A stretch of DNA of 64,000 nt from an uncultured delta proteobacterium (GTDB taxonomy: Bacteria > Myxococcota_A > UBA9160 > UBA4427), in assembly GCA_963698485.1 (NCBI GenBank), contig CAVORA010000029.1, positions 264,141-328,140 of the forward strand, given 5' to 3'. Below the pieces are notes generated by a model. The model had not been told where the DNA came from. It searched no databases and saw only the letters and a program-made list of their open reading frames with translations. Below are positions 30,370-40,413 of this stretch, piece after piece. The stretch's first letter is position 1. The number at the start of each line of letters is the position of its first letter. Made by a program: the position numbers and the translations under genes.

Positions 30370-31050
30370 ATGGGTCAAAAAGTCCATCCCTACGGCTTCC
30401 GGGTCGGCACCCTCTACGGGTGGCAGTCCAACTGGTTCGCCGAGAAGAATTACGCCGCGCAGCTTCACGAGGACGTGAAGATCCGCGCGTTCATCAAGAA
30501 GAAGCTGTACCACGCTGGAATTTCGAAGGTCGTCATCGAACGAACCGGCGAGAAGATCGTGATCAACATCCACACGGCGCGGCCGGGCATCCTGATCGGA
30601 AAGCGCGGCGCCGAGGTCGACACCCTCCGCAAGGAGCTCAAGGCCTATACGTCCGCGGATGTGTTCATCAACATCAAGGAAATCCGCAAAGCCGAGCTCG
30701 ACGCGCAGCTGGTCGCTGAGAACATCGCAACGCAGCTCGAGCGCCGCGTGGCTTTTCGGCGCGCCATGAAGAAGGCGATGATCTCGACCATGAAGTTCGG
30801 GGCAGAGGGCATCCGGATCCAGTGCTCGGGTCGACTGGGTGGCGCCGAAATGGGCCGCCGCGAGTGGTACCGCGATGGTCGCGTGCCGTTGCACACGCTT
30901 CGGGCGGAGATCGAGTATGGCTTCGCCGAAGCGCGCACGACCTACGGCGTGATCGGCGTGAAGTGCTGGATCTTCAAGGGCGAGGTGGGCGATCGAGAGC
31001 TGAAGCGCGGTCCCCTTTCGCAGGACCATCGTTCGGAAGTGCCTCGCTGA
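30370..31050 (+). CDS. rpsC: 30S ribosomal protein S3
   Basis: 226 aa: [13 protein letters not shown]...KH domain...[31 protein letters not shown]. Confidence 0.97.
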   Translation: MGQKVHPYGFRVGTLYGWQSNWFAEKNYAAQLHEDVKIRAFIKKKLYHAGISKVVIERTGEKIVINIHTARPGILIGKRGAEVDTLRKELKAYTSADVFINIKEIRKAELDAQLVAENIATQLERRVAFRRAMKKAMISTMKFGAEGIRIQCSGRLGGAEMGRREWYRDGRVPLHTLRAEIEYGFAEARTTYGVIGVKCWIFKGEVGDRELKRGPLSQDHRSEVPR

Positions 31051-31178
31051 GCCATGGAGGGGATGGGCTCGGGGCACGGTGGCTCCGCACCCCATTCCCG
31101 GCCTGACGTTCTACACCTGGCCCTCGAGCCAGCAGCAGCAAGCGCTTCCGATCGGGAAGCGAATAGAGAGACCAGACA

Positions 31179-31589
31179 ATGCTTCAACCCAAGAAAGTCA
31201 AGCATCGCAAGATGTTCAAAGGCCGGTTGCGCGGAAAGGCCCTGCGTGGCAACACGCTCGCCTTCGGGAACTACGGTCTTCAGGCCCTGACTTCCGGCTA
31301 CATCACTGCGCGCCAGATCGAAGCGGCCCGTATCGCGATGACCCGCCACGTGAAACGTGGCGGCAAGGTCTGGATCCGGGTCTTTCCGGACAAGCCGATC
31401 ACGAAGAAGCCTGCCGAAACCCGAATGGGTAAGGGCAAGGGCAATCCGGAAGGCTGGGTGGCTCCGGTGAAGCGGGGCCGGATGCTCTACGAGATGGAAG
31501 GTGTCGATTCGACGATCGCCCGCGAGGCCCTTCGTCTGGCGGCGCACAAGCTGCCGATTCGGACACGCTTCGTCGAGCGGGAGGGCTGA
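31179..31589 (+). CDS. rplP: 50S ribosomal protein L16
   Basis: 136 aa: [16 protein letters not shown]...[44 protein letters not shown]. Confidence 0.97.
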   Translation: MLQPKKVKHRKMFKGRLRGKALRGNTLAFGNYGLQALTSGYITARQIEAARIAMTRHVKRGGKVWIRVFPDKPITKKPAETRMGKGKGNPEGWVAPVKRGRMLYEMEGVDSTIAREALRLAAHKLPIRTRFVEREG

Positions 31590-31591
31590 AC

Positions 31592-31789
31592 GTGAAGGCA
31601 GCAGAACTTCGATCTCTCTCGGAGACGGAACTCGAACAAAAAGGCAGAGAACTCCGCGATGACCTCTTCAACGCGAAGATTCGGCGGTCGACCGAACAGT
31701 TGGAGAACACCGCGGTGCTCGGGCAGCTCCGGAAGGACATCGCCCGAGTGGAAACTCTCCTGACCCAGAAGCGCGAGGCGGGCAAGTGA
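31592..31789 (+). CDS. rpmC: 50S ribosomal protein L29
   Basis: 65 aa, GTG start: [30 protein letters not shown]. Confidence 0.93.
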   Translation: MKAAELRSLSETELEQKGRELRDDLFNAKIRRSTEQLENTAVLGQLRKDIARVETLLTQKREAGK

Positions 31790-32061
31790 GCGAAGGCATC
31801 AGCGAACGAGGAGTTCGACGAACATTGGTTGGCACCGTGGTCAGCAACAAGATGGACAAGACCGTCGTGGTCCGTGTCGAGCGTCTTGTGCAGGACCAGC
31901 GGTACAAGAAGTACATCCGCCGCTATTCGCGGTTCATGGCTCATGACGAGTCCAACTCGTGCACCGAAGGCGACGAGGTTCGGATCATCGAACACCGACC
32001 GCTCTCGAAGCGAAAGCGTTGGAAGGTTCAGGAGACCCTCGAGAAGGCGACGACGGTCTGA
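31786..32061 (+). CDS. rpsQ: 30S ribosomal protein S17
   Basis: 91 aa: [45 protein letters not shown]. Confidence 0.95.
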   Translation: MSEGISERGVRRTLVGTVVSNKMDKTVVVRVERLVQDQRYKKYIRRYSRFMAHDESNSCTEGDEVRIIEHRPLSKRKRWKVQETLEKATTV

Positions 32062-32149
32062 GGACCGCACTGGACCGACTCGAAAACTCGAGTCTCGGCC
32101 GATGATCCAATTCATGAGGCTGATCGCGTAACGCGATAGGAACGGAACA

Positions 32150-32518
32150 ATGATTCAAGCTGAATCGACATTGCAAGTGGCGGACAACTCGGGCGCACGC
32201 AAAGTGAAGTGCATCCGCGTGCTCGGCGGATCACGCCGAAGATTTGCCTCGGTGGGCGACGTCATCGTCGTCGCCGTGAAGGAAGCGATTCCGAACGCCC
32301 GCGTGAAGAAGGGCGAGGTTCGTCGCGCCGTGATCGTGCGTACGAAGAAGGCGATCTCGCGACCGGACGGCACGCATATCCTCTTCGACGAGAATGCGGC
32401 TGTCCTCATCAACAAGGACAAGGAAGTCGTCGGCACTCGTATCTTCGGCCCCGTGGCTCGCGAGCTCCGTGGCGCCGGCTTCATGCGGATCGTTTCGCTC
32501 GCTCCGGAGGTGCTCTAG
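32150..32518 (+). CDS. rplN: 50S ribosomal protein L14
   Basis: 122 aa: [27 protein letters not shown]...[10 protein letters not shown]. Confidence 0.97.
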   Translation: MIQAESTLQVADNSGARKVKCIRVLGGSRRRFASVGDVIVVAVKEAIPNARVKKGEVRRAVIVRTKKAISRPDGTHILFDENAAVLINKDKEVVGTRIFGPVARELRGAGFMRIVSLAPEVL

Positions 32519-32520
32519 CG

Positions 32521-33093
32521 ATGGCAGCTGCTGCATCGACTCCAGCGGCCGACGTGCCGCGACTCAAGCAGGAATATCTGGAGACGATCATCCCGAAGCT
32601 CAAAGAGGAGTTCGGGTACAAGAACGTCAATCAGATTCCCAAGGTGGAGAAGGTCGTCGTGAACGTGGGTCTCGGGGAGGCCACTACGAACCCGAAGCTC
32701 CTCGAACGGGCGATGGAGGAGCTGGCGCTGATCACGGGTCAGCAGCCGATCCTCCGCCGCGCCAAGAAGAGCGTGTCGAACTTCAAGCTGCGCGAGGGCC
32801 AGGCCATCGGCTGCACCGTCACGCTGCGCGGCACGCGCCAGTGGGAGTTTCTCGACCGGTTGCTGAACGTGGCGCTTCCGCGCGTGCGTGACTTCTCCGG
32901 CGTGTCCGCCAAGGCCTTCGATGGTCGAGGGAATTACACGCTGGGTGTGCGCGAGCAGACGATCTTCCCGGAAGTCGACTACGACAAGGTGGAGAAGGTC
33001 ACCGGAATGAACGTCACCGTCGTGACCACCGCCAACACGGACGCCGAAGCCAAGTCGCTGCTGACCCACCTCGGCGTGCCGTTCCGCAAATAA
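32521..33093 (+). CDS. rplE: 50S ribosomal protein L5
   Basis: ATG 32521, 2 nt after the rplN stop. [42 protein letters not shown]...[15 protein letters not shown]. Confidence 0.95.
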   Translation: MAAAASTPAADVPRLKQEYLETIIPKLKEEFGYKNVNQIPKVEKVVVNVGLGEATTNPKLLERAMEELALITGQQPILRRAKKSVSNFKLREGQAIGCTVTLRGTRQWEFLDRLLNVALPRVRDFSGVSAKAFDGRGNYTLGVREQTIFPEVDYDKVEKVTGMNVTVVTTANTDAEAKSLLTHLGVPFRK

Positions 33094-33129
33094 GAGCGCA
33101 ATCAAGAGCGTAGGTAGGAGAAGAACATC

Positions 33130-33525
33130 ATGATGACCGACCCGGTTGGTGACATGTTGGCGCGAATTCGAAACGCGGGCGGAGCGCGGCACGCGCATAC
33201 GAGGTGTCCCGCTTCAAAGCTCAAGCTCGCGGTGGCTCAGGTCCTGAGCGCCGAGGGGTTCGTGGGCGCCGTGACGAGCGACGGCGACGAGAAGAAGCCG
33301 ACGCTGACGATCGACCTGCGTTATCAGGATGACGGTCGAATGATGATCGAAGGCATGAGGCGAGTGAGCAAGCCGGGTCGTCGCGTCTATGTGGCCGCTG
33401 ACGAAGTGAAGCAGGTGCGTGCCGGTCTCGGCATGGCCGTCCTGTCGACATCGAAGGGCGTGCTTTGTGATCGCGACGCACGGGCCCAGAAGGTCGGCGG
33501 CGAAGTGATCTGCGAGGTCTGGTAG
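33130..33525 (+). CDS. rpsH: 30S ribosomal protein S8
   Basis: 131 aa: MTDPVGDMLARIRNA...GMAVLSTSKGVLCDRDARAQKVGGEVICEVW. Confidence 0.96.
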   Translation: MMTDPVGDMLARIRNAGGARHAHTRCPASKLKLAVAQVLSAEGFVGAVTSDGDEKKPTLTIDLRYQDDGRMMIEGMRRVSKPGRRVYVAADEVKQVRAGLGMAVLSTSKGVLCDRDARAQKVGGEVICEVW

Positions 33526-33529
33526 AACA

Positions 33530-34066
33530 ATGTCCCGTATTGGCAAGCAACCGATTGGAATCCCGAGTGGCGTGACGGTGAACGTCGCGAACGGGGAGCT
33601 CCAGGTGAAGGGTCCCAAGGGCAATCTGACGCGTCCAGTCCCGCAAGGAATCAACGCGAAGGTCGAGGGCGAAACGCTGGTTCTCGAGCGTCCGGACGAT
33701 TCCAAGGAGAGCCGGTCGCGACATGGCCTGGCGCGTGCGTTGGCGAATAACATGGTCGTCGGCGTCAGCGACGGATTCGTCCGGCGCCTCGAGATCGAGG
33801 GCGTCGGGTACCGCGCCGATGTCCAGGGCAAGGTCCTGAACCTGCTGCTCGGCTTCTCTCATCCCGTCAAGATGGAGATCCCTGAAGGTCTGTCCGTCTC
33901 GGTCGAGGCGAATACGAAGCTCTCGATCGAAGGCGCGAACAAGGAGGCCGTCGGGCAGTTCGCCGCCGACGTGCGTTCCCTTCGGCCGCCGGAGCCCTAC
34001 AAGGGCAAGGGCGTCCGTTACGACGACGAACATATCCGCCGCAAGGTCGGTAAGGCAGGCTCGTAG
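33530..34066 (+). CDS. rplF: 50S ribosomal protein L6
   Basis: 178 aa: [31 protein letters not shown]...[19 protein letters not shown]. Confidence 0.96.
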   Translation: MSRIGKQPIGIPSGVTVNVANGELQVKGPKGNLTRPVPQGINAKVEGETLVLERPDDSKESRSRHGLARALANNMVVGVSDGFVRRLEIEGVGYRADVQGKVLNLLLGFSHPVKMEIPEGLSVSVEANTKLSIEGANKEAVGQFAADVRSLRPPEPYKGKGVRYDDEHIRRKVGKAGS

Positions 34067-34068
34067 AC

Positions 34069-34437
34069 ATGAAGAAGAAGATCCCGGACACCAAGAAACG
34101 AAAGTGGCAGGCGCGAAAGGCGCGGACGCAGACGTCGCTCGCTCGAAGCGAGCGTGTCGCGCTCACCGTCTACCGCAGCGCGAAGCACACCTACGCGCAG
34201 CTGGTCGATGGACAGACCGGAAAGACGCTCGCCGCAGCGTCCACGCGCGATCGCGCGATCGCGGGCGAAGGGTCGACGGGCAACGTCGAGGCCGCCAAGA
34301 AGGTGGGCGAGGCGATCGGCCGGATCGCAAAAGAGAAGAGCATCAACGAGGTGGTCTTCAATCGAAACGGGTTCCTCTTCCATGGCCGAGTGAAGGCCGT
34401 GGCCGAGGGAGCACGCGAGGCGGGGCTTCAGTTCTGA
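34069..34437 (+). CDS. rplR: 50S ribosomal protein L18
   Basis: 122 aa: [19 protein letters not shown]...[28 protein letters not shown]. Confidence 0.95.
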   Translation: MKKKIPDTKKRKWQARKARTQTSLARSERVALTVYRSAKHTYAQLVDGQTGKTLAAASTRDRAIAGEGSTGNVEAAKKVGEAIGRIAKEKSINEVVFNRNGFLFHGRVKAVAEGAREAGLQF

Positions 34438-34438
34438 T

Positions 34439-34946
34439 ATGGCACGTGTAATTCAATCCTCGATGTTGAACCCGAATGACTACGAGCTCAATGATCGGGT
34501 CATTCACATCAACCGCGTCTCGAAGGTGGTCAAAGGTGGTCGCCGCTTCAGCTTCTCGGCTCTCGTCGTGGTCGGAGACGGGCAGGGCGTCGTCGGTGTG
34601 GGACTCGGCAAGGCCGGCGAGGTGCCGGAGGCGATCCGCAAGGGAGTGGAGAAGGCGCGCAAGTCGCTGATCCAGATTCCGCTGATCGATGGCCGGACGC
34701 TGCCGCATGACGTGATCGGAATCTCGGGCGCGGGTCGGGTGCTGATGCAGCCGGCCTCTCCGGGTACCGGCGTGATCGCGGGTGGGCCGGTTCGCGCGGT
34801 CGTCGAGTCGGCGGGCGTTTCGGACGTCCTCACCAAGACGCTCGGGCACCAAGACGCCCCGCAACGTCGTGAACGCCGTGATGGCCGGTCTCCAGAATCT
34901 GCGGGATCCGGAAGAGCGTCTCGCCCAGCTCGGCCGGACGAGGTAG
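34439..34946 (+). CDS. rpsE: 30S ribosomal protein S5 (frame broken by a 1-nt insertion near 34844-34847)
   Basis: S5 homology ([50 protein letters not shown]) continues after TKTLG only in the +1 frame ([32 protein letters not shown], stop TAG 34944-34946). The uncorrected ORF runs on to 35149 with non-homologous R/G-rich sequence. Confidence 0.9.
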
Positions 34947-34955
34947 GAGCATTCC

Positions 34956-35153
34956 ATGGCAAGTCAGGCAGGCGGGAAGACCGTGAAGGTCCAGCAGATC
35001 AAGAGCGTCATCGGTTACAACCAGCGGCAGCGCGCCACCATGAAGGGGCTCGGCCTGCGCAAGATTCGTCAGGTCGTCGAGCTCGAGGATACGCCCGCCG
35101 TTCGCGGGATGATCAGCAAGGTGAGCCACCTCGTCGTCGTGCTCGATAACTAG
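34956..35153 (+). CDS. rpmD: 50S ribosomal protein L30
   Basis: 65 aa: [44 protein letters not shown]. Confidence 0.94.
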   Translation: MASQAGGKTVKVQQIKSVIGYNQRQRATMKGLGLRKIRQVVELEDTPAVRGMISKVSHLVVVLDN

Positions 35154-35170
35154 AGCGGGGATATAGAAGA

Positions 35171-35620
35171 ATGTTGAATGAACTCTCGCCGCGCCCCGGA
35201 GCGCGCCATCGTCGCAAGCGGGTCGGCCGCGGCCCGGGATCGGGCAAGGGCAAGACCTGCGGCACGGGCGTGAAGGGTCAGGGCACCCGGTCGGGCAAGA
35301 AGATCAAGGCCTGGTTCGAGGGTGGTCAGATGCCGCTCTATCAGCGCGTCCCGAAGAAGGGGTTCCAGAATCGCTTCCGCGTCGTGAACGAGATCGTGAA
35401 TCTCGGCGAGCTCGCGGCCTTCGGTGACAACGCGACCGTCGACGCCGAGGCGCTGGTGGCCAGGGGTCTGATCCGTGGATCGGGAACGCCGGTGAAGGTG
35501 CTCGCCGAGGGCGAGGCGCCGAAGGGGCTCACACTCAAGGTGAGCAAGGTCAGTGCGTCTGCCCAGGCCAAGATCGAAGCGGCCGGCGGCCGCGTCGAGA
35601 TCGTCGGAGCTTCGAAGTAG
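35171..35620 (+). CDS. rplO: 50S ribosomal protein L15
   Basis: 149 aa: MLNELSPRPGARHRRKRVGRGPGSGKGKTCGTGVKGQ. Confidence 0.96.
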   Translation: MLNELSPRPGARHRRKRVGRGPGSGKGKTCGTGVKGQGTRSGKKIKAWFEGGQMPLYQRVPKKGFQNRFRVVNEIVNLGELAAFGDNATVDAEALVARGLIRGSGTPVKVLAEGEAPKGLTLKVSKVSASAQAKIEAAGGRVEIVGASK

Positions 35621-36927
35621 TGTTCGCGGCGCTCCAAAACGTCTTCCGCATCGAAGAGCTGCGAAAGCGGATCCTGTTCACGGCGGCCATGCTCGCCGTC
35701 TACCGGGTCGGCTGCATCGTCGTCACGCCGGGCATCAACGGCAACGTGATCCGATCGTTCTTCGAGCAGATGCAGGGAACGATGTTCGGCTTGCTGAACG
35801 TCTTCTCTGGTGGCGCCATGGAGTCGCTCTCGATCTTCGCGCTGGGCATCATGCCCTATATCTCCGCGTCGATCATCTTCCAGCTGCTGACAGTGGTGAT
35901 CCCCGCGCTCGAGCGCCTCAAGAAGGAGGGCAGTGAAGGGCAGAAGCGGATCACGCAATGGACTCGTTATGCGACGATCGGCCTGGCGCTCTTCCAGAGC
36001 TTCCTGATGGCGATCGCTCTCGAGAATGGGCAGTTCGGTCAGGGTGCGGTGCTCGAGCCCGGCTGGGCGTTCCGCCTGACCACGATGATCACGCTCACCT
36101 CGGGCACCGCGTTCATCATGTGGCTCGGCGAGCAGGTGACCGAGCGCGGAATCGGAAACGGCATCTCGCTGATCATCTTCTCGGGCATCATCGTCGGATT
36201 GCCGTCGGGCTTGTCGAACGTGATCGACCTGGTCCGGACGGACGAATACAGCCTGGTCCAGGTGCTGGTGCTCGGTGCGATCGTTGTGGCCGCGGTGGCC
36301 TTCGTCGTCTACGTCGAGCGCGGACAGAGGCGGATTCCGATCCAGCACGCCCGGCGCGGGGGCGGTAGCGCGGCCTCCGCGAACATGAGCTATTTCCCGC
36401 TGCGCGTGAATACGGCCGGGGTGATTCCGCCGATCTTCGCGTCGTCGCTCCTGATGTTCCCGCTCACGATCCGGCAGTACAGCGACAATCCGACCGTTCA
36501 ACGCTTCATCGACGACTGGATGGACCCGGGCGACATCATCTACAACATCGTCTACATCGGGCTGATCATCTTCTTCTGCTTCTTCTACACCTCGATCATG
36601 ATCAATCCCGACGACGTGTCGGAGAACATCAAGCGATCGGGTGGCTACATCCCGGGCGTACGACCGGGCCGCAAGACCGCGGAATACATCGACGCGGTGC
36701 TGTCGCGGCTGACGTTGGTGGGCGCGATCTACGTTGCAGGCCTCTGCGTCCTGCCTGTGATCCTGTCCCAACAGATGGGCGTCCCCTTCTACTTCGGGGG
36801 CACCGCGCTGCTGATCGTCGTGAGCGTCGCGCTCGACACGATGGGTCAGATCGAAGCGCATCTGGTGTCGCGCAAGTACGAGGGGTTCGGTTCGACCGGC
36901 CGCGTCCGGGGGAGACTGGGGCGATGA
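35620..36927 (+). CDS. secY: preprotein translocase subunit SecY
   Basis: 435 aa, GTG overlapping the rplO stop. ELRKRILFT, FALGIMPYISASIIFQLL, multi-TM. Confidence 0.97.
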   Translation: MFAALQNVFRIEELRKRILFTAAMLAVYRVGCIVVTPGINGNVIRSFFEQMQGTMFGLLNVFSGGAMESLSIFALGIMPYISASIIFQLLTVVIPALERLKKEGSEGQKRITQWTRYATIGLALFQSFLMAIALENGQFGQGAVLEPGWAFRLTTMITLTSGTAFIMWLGEQVTERGIGNGISLIIFSGIIVGLPSGLSNVIDLVRTDEYSLVQVLVLGAIVVAAVAFVVYVERGQRRIPIQHARRGGGSAASANMSYFPLRVNTAGVIPPIFASSLLMFPLTIRQYSDNPTVQRFIDDWMDPGDIIYNIVYIGLIIFFCFFYTSIMINPDDVSENIKRSGGYIPGVRPGRKTAEYIDAVLSRLTLVGAIYVAGLCVLPVILSQQMGVPFYFGGTALLIVVSVALDTMGQIEAHLVSRKYEGFGSTGRVRGRLGR

Positions 36928-37502
36928 GCAACCGCAAATGTCGAATCGTCCTGCTGGGTCCGCCCGGGGCTGGCAAGGGGACGCAGGCTGCGACGCTGAT
37001 CGAGACGCTCGATATTCCGCACGTCTCGACGGGGGATATGTTGCGGGCGGCGGTGAAGGCGCAGACGCCGATCGGCAAGCAGGCCAAGGCCGTGATGGAC
37101 GCGGGCGAGCTCGTGAGCGACGAGATCGTCATCGGCATCGCGGAGGAGCGACTCTCGCAGGAAGATGCGAAGAAGGGCTTCCTGCTGGACGGCTTTCCGC
37201 GGACGCTTGCGCAGGCTGAGGCGCTCGACGGACTGCTGGCGAGGCTGGGCGTGGAACTCGACTGCTGTCTGGCGCTCACGGTGGACAACGACGCCGTCGT
37301 GGCCAGACTTCTGAAGCGGGCGGAGATCGAAGGCCGCGCCGATGACAACGAGGAGACGATCCGGGAACGCATGCGGGTGTACGACGCGGAGACCGCGCCG
37401 CTGCTCGAGTTCTATGGAAGCCGGGACCGCCTGATCGAGGTGGACGGGATGGGCACGATCGAAGAGGTCGGAAAGCGAATTCGCGAACGTCTGGGCTGCT
37501 GA
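36924..37502 (+). CDS. adk: adenylate kinase (short-lid type)
   Basis: 192 aa: IVLLGPPGAGKGTQA P-loop, GFLLDGFPRT. ATGA overlap with secY. Confidence 0.96.
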   Translation: MSNRKCRIVLLGPPGAGKGTQAATLIETLDIPHVSTGDMLRAAVKAQTPIGKQAKAVMDAGELVSDEIVIGIAEERLSQEDAKKGFLLDGFPRTLAQAEALDGLLARLGVELDCCLALTVDNDAVVARLLKRAEIEGRADDNEETIRERMRVYDAETAPLLEFYGSRDRLIEVDGMGTIEEVGKRIRERLGC

Positions 37503-37598
37503 GCGGCCGACCGACCCAGGGTGGGATCGGCGGGCACCTCAGCGCAGGCTTCGTACCGGGATGGAGTGTTCTCAGGAGGTTCTGAGGAGATAGAGAAG

Positions 37599-38393
37599 GT
37601 GAGTTTCGGCGAACGGATCGCAATCAAGAGCCGTCGCGAAATCGAGCAGATGCGGGATATCGGCCAGGCCACGGCCGAGATCCTGCTCGAGCTCCGGGAG
37701 CGGGCCCGACCGGGCGTGACCACTGGAGAGCTCAATGAAGTCGCGGCAAAAGCCTTGGGAAAGAGGGGGTTGAACTCCCCGTTTCTGGGGTATGCTCCCG
37801 GGGGGGTAGCGCCCTACCCAGCGGTCCTTTGTGCATCGGTCAACGACGAGATCGTGCATGGAATACCCGGACCGCGCGTGCTCCGAGAGGGCGACATCAT
37901 CAGTCTCGACTTCGGGGTCGAATCCCGTGGTTGGCACGGCGACAGCGCCGTGACGATCGCCGTGGGAGAGATCGATCCAGCGTCGGGTGCCGAGAAGTTG
38001 ATCGAGACGACGCGGGAAGCGATGGACGAGGGCATCGCGCAGATGCTTCCTGGAAATCGGCTGTCGGATATCGGACATGCCGTCGAGAGTCGCGCGAAGA
38101 AGGAAGGATACGGGGTCGTCAGACAGTTCGTGGGACACGGCATCGGACGCGAGATGCACGAGCCGCCGCAAGTCCCGAACTATGGACGCCCCGGGCGCGG
38201 ACCGCGACTGCGAGCGGGGATGGTTTTTGCAATCGAGCCGATGGTGAACATCGGGACCGAGAAGACGAAGGTTTTGAAAGACGAGTGGACGGCGGTGACT
38301 GCGGACGGCTCTCTCTCCGCCCACTTCGAGCACACGGTGCTCATCACGGATAACGGCCCGGAAGTCCTCACGAGGATCTCGGGATCTCACTGA
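37599..38393 (+). CDS. map: type I methionine aminopeptidase
   Basis: GTG 37599 (VSFGERIAIKSRREIEQMRDIG...). Metal ligand regions DISLDFG, GWHGDSA, FVGHGIG, FAIEPM, HFEHT. Confidence 0.92.
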   Translation: MSFGERIAIKSRREIEQMRDIGQATAEILLELRERARPGVTTGELNEVAAKALGKRGLNSPFLGYAPGGVAPYPAVLCASVNDEIVHGIPGPRVLREGDIISLDFGVESRGWHGDSAVTIAVGEIDPASGAEKLIETTREAMDEGIAQMLPGNRLSDIGHAVESRAKKEGYGVVRQFVGHGIGREMHEPPQVPNYGRPGRGPRLRAGMVFAIEPMVNIGTEKTKVLKDEWTAVTADGSLSAHFEHTVLITDNGPEVLTRISGSH

Positions 38394-38543
38394 GTGGCTC
38401 GAGAGCGTCCGCGGAGAGCACGGACGACGAACAGGACGGCGCCTAGCGAATCGCCAGCCTGCTCTCAGACCATCGCAAACAGCATCGGCCAGCCAGAAGG
38501 CGACGAGCGTCGGCGGGCATCAAGAGACACGAAGGGTTTTGCA

Positions 38544-38657
38544 ATGAAGGTTCGAGCATCGGTTCGGAAGATGTGTGACAAGTGCCGGGTGATCCGTCGC
38601 CGTGGGGTCGTTCGCGTGATCTGCGACAACCCGAAGCACAAGCAGCGGCAGGGCTGA
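38544..38657 (+). CDS. rpmJ: 50S ribosomal protein L36 (zinc-ribbon C+ form)
   Basis: 37 aa: [37 protein letters not shown]. Confidence 0.95.
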   Translation: MKVRASVRKMCDKCRVIRRRGVVRVICDNPKHKQRQG

Positions 38658-38793
38658 AACTCTTGCGCTCGAGGTCCAGCTGACTGGACTTCGAGGACAC
38701 GAACAACTTTCGGGGATCGGTGAGCCGATCCGCGAGGACACTCGGCGGGAGACGGCCTCGGCCGCGAACGCGAAACGAGACGGAGGAAGATTC

Positions 38794-39171
38794 ATGGCGC
38801 GAATTGCAGGCGTCGATTTGCCGCGGAACAAGCGGATCGAGATCTCGCTGACCTACATCTATGGAGTCGGCCGGGTAAAGGCCCTCGAGATCTGCGAGAA
38901 GGCGGGCATCGATCCGGGCTCCAGGACGGAGCACCTCTCCGAGGCCGAGACGATCAAGATTCGCGAGATCATCGAGCGTGACTACAAGGTCGAGGGCGAC
39001 CTGCGTCGCGAAGTGAACCAGAACATCAAGATGCTGATGGATATCGGCTGCTATCGGGGGCTTCGCCACCGACGCGGGCTACCGGTTCGAGGCCAGCGAA
39101 CCCATACGAACGCGCGAACGCGCAAGGGCCCGGCCAAGACGATCGCCGGCAAGAAGATCGCCAAGAAGTAG
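38794..39171 (+). CDS. rpsM: 30S ribosomal protein S13
   Basis: 125 aa: [26 protein letters not shown]...[24 protein letters not shown]. Confidence 0.97.
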   Translation: MARIAGVDLPRNKRIEISLTYIYGVGRVKALEICEKAGIDPGSRTEHLSEAETIKIREIIERDYKVEGDLRREVNQNIKMLMDIGCYRGLRHRRGLPVRGQRTHTNARTRKGPAKTIAGKKIAKK

Positions 39172-39204
39172 TCGGTCCAGCCGGTCGATCTAGACGCCTC
39201 CGAT

Positions 39205-39240
39205 ACCTCTCGGAGACACCTCACCTCTCGGAGACACCTC
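39205..39240 (+). repeat. perfect tandem duplication 2 x 18 nt (ACCTCTCGGAGACACCTC) in the rpsM-rpsK spacer
   Basis: Read directly: 39205-39222 equals 39223-39240. The second unit plus the following CGAGA forms the TCTCGGA/TCCGAGA hairpin. Confidence 0.85.
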
Positions 39241-39281
39241 CGAGATGCCTCATCCAGGCCAGAACGGGCAGATAGAGAATT

Positions 39282-39665
39282 ATGGTTGCCAAGAAGACGA
39301 AGAAGAAGGTCAAGAAGAATATCCAGTCGGGTATTGCTCATATCCAGTCGACCTTCAACAACACGGTCATCACCATCACCGATGTAGGTGGTAATGCGAT
39401 TTCGTGGGCGAGCTGTGGACAGCAGGGCTTCAAGGGCTCGAAGAAGTCCACCCCCTTCGCCGCACAGATCGCCGCGGAGGAAGCGGCCAAGAAGGCGCAG
39501 GAGCACGGCGTTCGTTCGCTTGGCGTCTACGTGAAGGGCCCGGGCGGGGGGCGCGAGTCCGCGCTGCGCGCACTGCAGGCGGCCGGCATGAAGATCACGA
39601 TGATTCGTGACGTCACGCCGATCCCCCACAACGGCTGTCGCCCGCCGAAGCGACGTCGCGTCTAG
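39282..39665 (+). CDS. rpsK: 30S ribosomal protein S11
   Basis: 127 aa: [28 protein letters not shown]...[15 protein letters not shown]...[13 protein letters not shown]. Confidence 0.97.
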   Translation: MVAKKTKKKVKKNIQSGIAHIQSTFNNTVITITDVGGNAISWASCGQQGFKGSKKSTPFAAQIAAEEAAKKAQEHGVRSLGVYVKGPGGGRESALRALQAAGMKITMIRDVTPIPHNGCRPPKRRRV

Positions 39666-39786
39666 ATCGGGATCCGCCGCGGATGCGGCGGAAACTTTGG
39701 CTGAGGGCTCTTTCGGGCCCGACAGCGAACTGACTTCGAGATTCCAAGCGGGCCATCGACGGCCCGACGCTGAGAGCGAATAGAAT

Positions 39787-40413
39787 ATGGCACGTTATAC
39801 GGGTTCCGTTTGTCGACTGTGTCGCCGGGAGGGCACGAAGCTCTTCTTGAAGGGTGACCGATGCTTTACCGAGAAGTGCGCCATCGAGCGGCGCGCCTAT
39901 CCGCCGGGTCAGCATGGCCAGGGCCGGGTTCGCTTCTCGGATTACGGTGTGCAGCTTCGCGAGAAGCAGAAGGTGAAGCGAATGTACGGGCTGCTCGAGA
40001 AGCAGTTTCGCGCGACCTTCGACCAGGCTGCCCGCATGCGGGGCCGAGCGGGCGAGAACCTCTTGATGCTGCTCGAGCGCCGGCTGGACAACGTGATCTA
40101 CCGACTCGGCTACACGACCTCGCGTGCCGAGGCGCGCCAGCTCGTGAAGCACGGCCACTTCACGATCAACGGGAAGAAGGCGCATACGCCGAGCATTCTC
40201 GTCAAGCCCGGGATGACGATCAGCGTCCGTGATCGTTCGAAGAAGGTCGAGCGGATCAGCGGAGCGCTCGAGACGATGGAAGGCCGCGCCGTCCCGCAGT
40301 GGCTGGAGATCGAGAAGGACGAAATGAAGGGCACGGTCAAGGCGATGCCGCAGCGCGAGGACATCACGCTGCCCATCGACGAGCAGCTGATCGTCGAGCT
40401 CTACAGTCGCTAA
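39787..40413 (+). CDS. rpsD: 30S ribosomal protein S4
   Basis: 208 aa: [26 protein letters not shown]..., with an S4 RNA-binding domain ([34 protein letters not shown]). Confidence 0.97.
   Translation: MARYTGSVCRLCRREGTKLFLKGDRCFTEKCAIERRAYPPGQHGQGRVRFSDYGVQLREKQKVKRMYGLLEKQFRATFDQAARMRGRAGENLLMLLERRLDNVIYRLGYTTSRAEARQLVKHGHFTINGKKAHTPSILVKPGMTISVRDRSKKVERISGALETMEGRAVPQWLEIEKDEMKGTVKAMPQREDITLPIDEQLIVELYSR

Noticed and set aside
32209-32520. ORF 32209..33093 reading through rplN in another frame and fusing to rplE. I considered whether it could hide a remnant of rplX.
   Set aside because: The upstream 104 codons are an out-of-frame read of rplN (R/G-rich, with no KOW motif). L5 homology starts only at ATG 32521.
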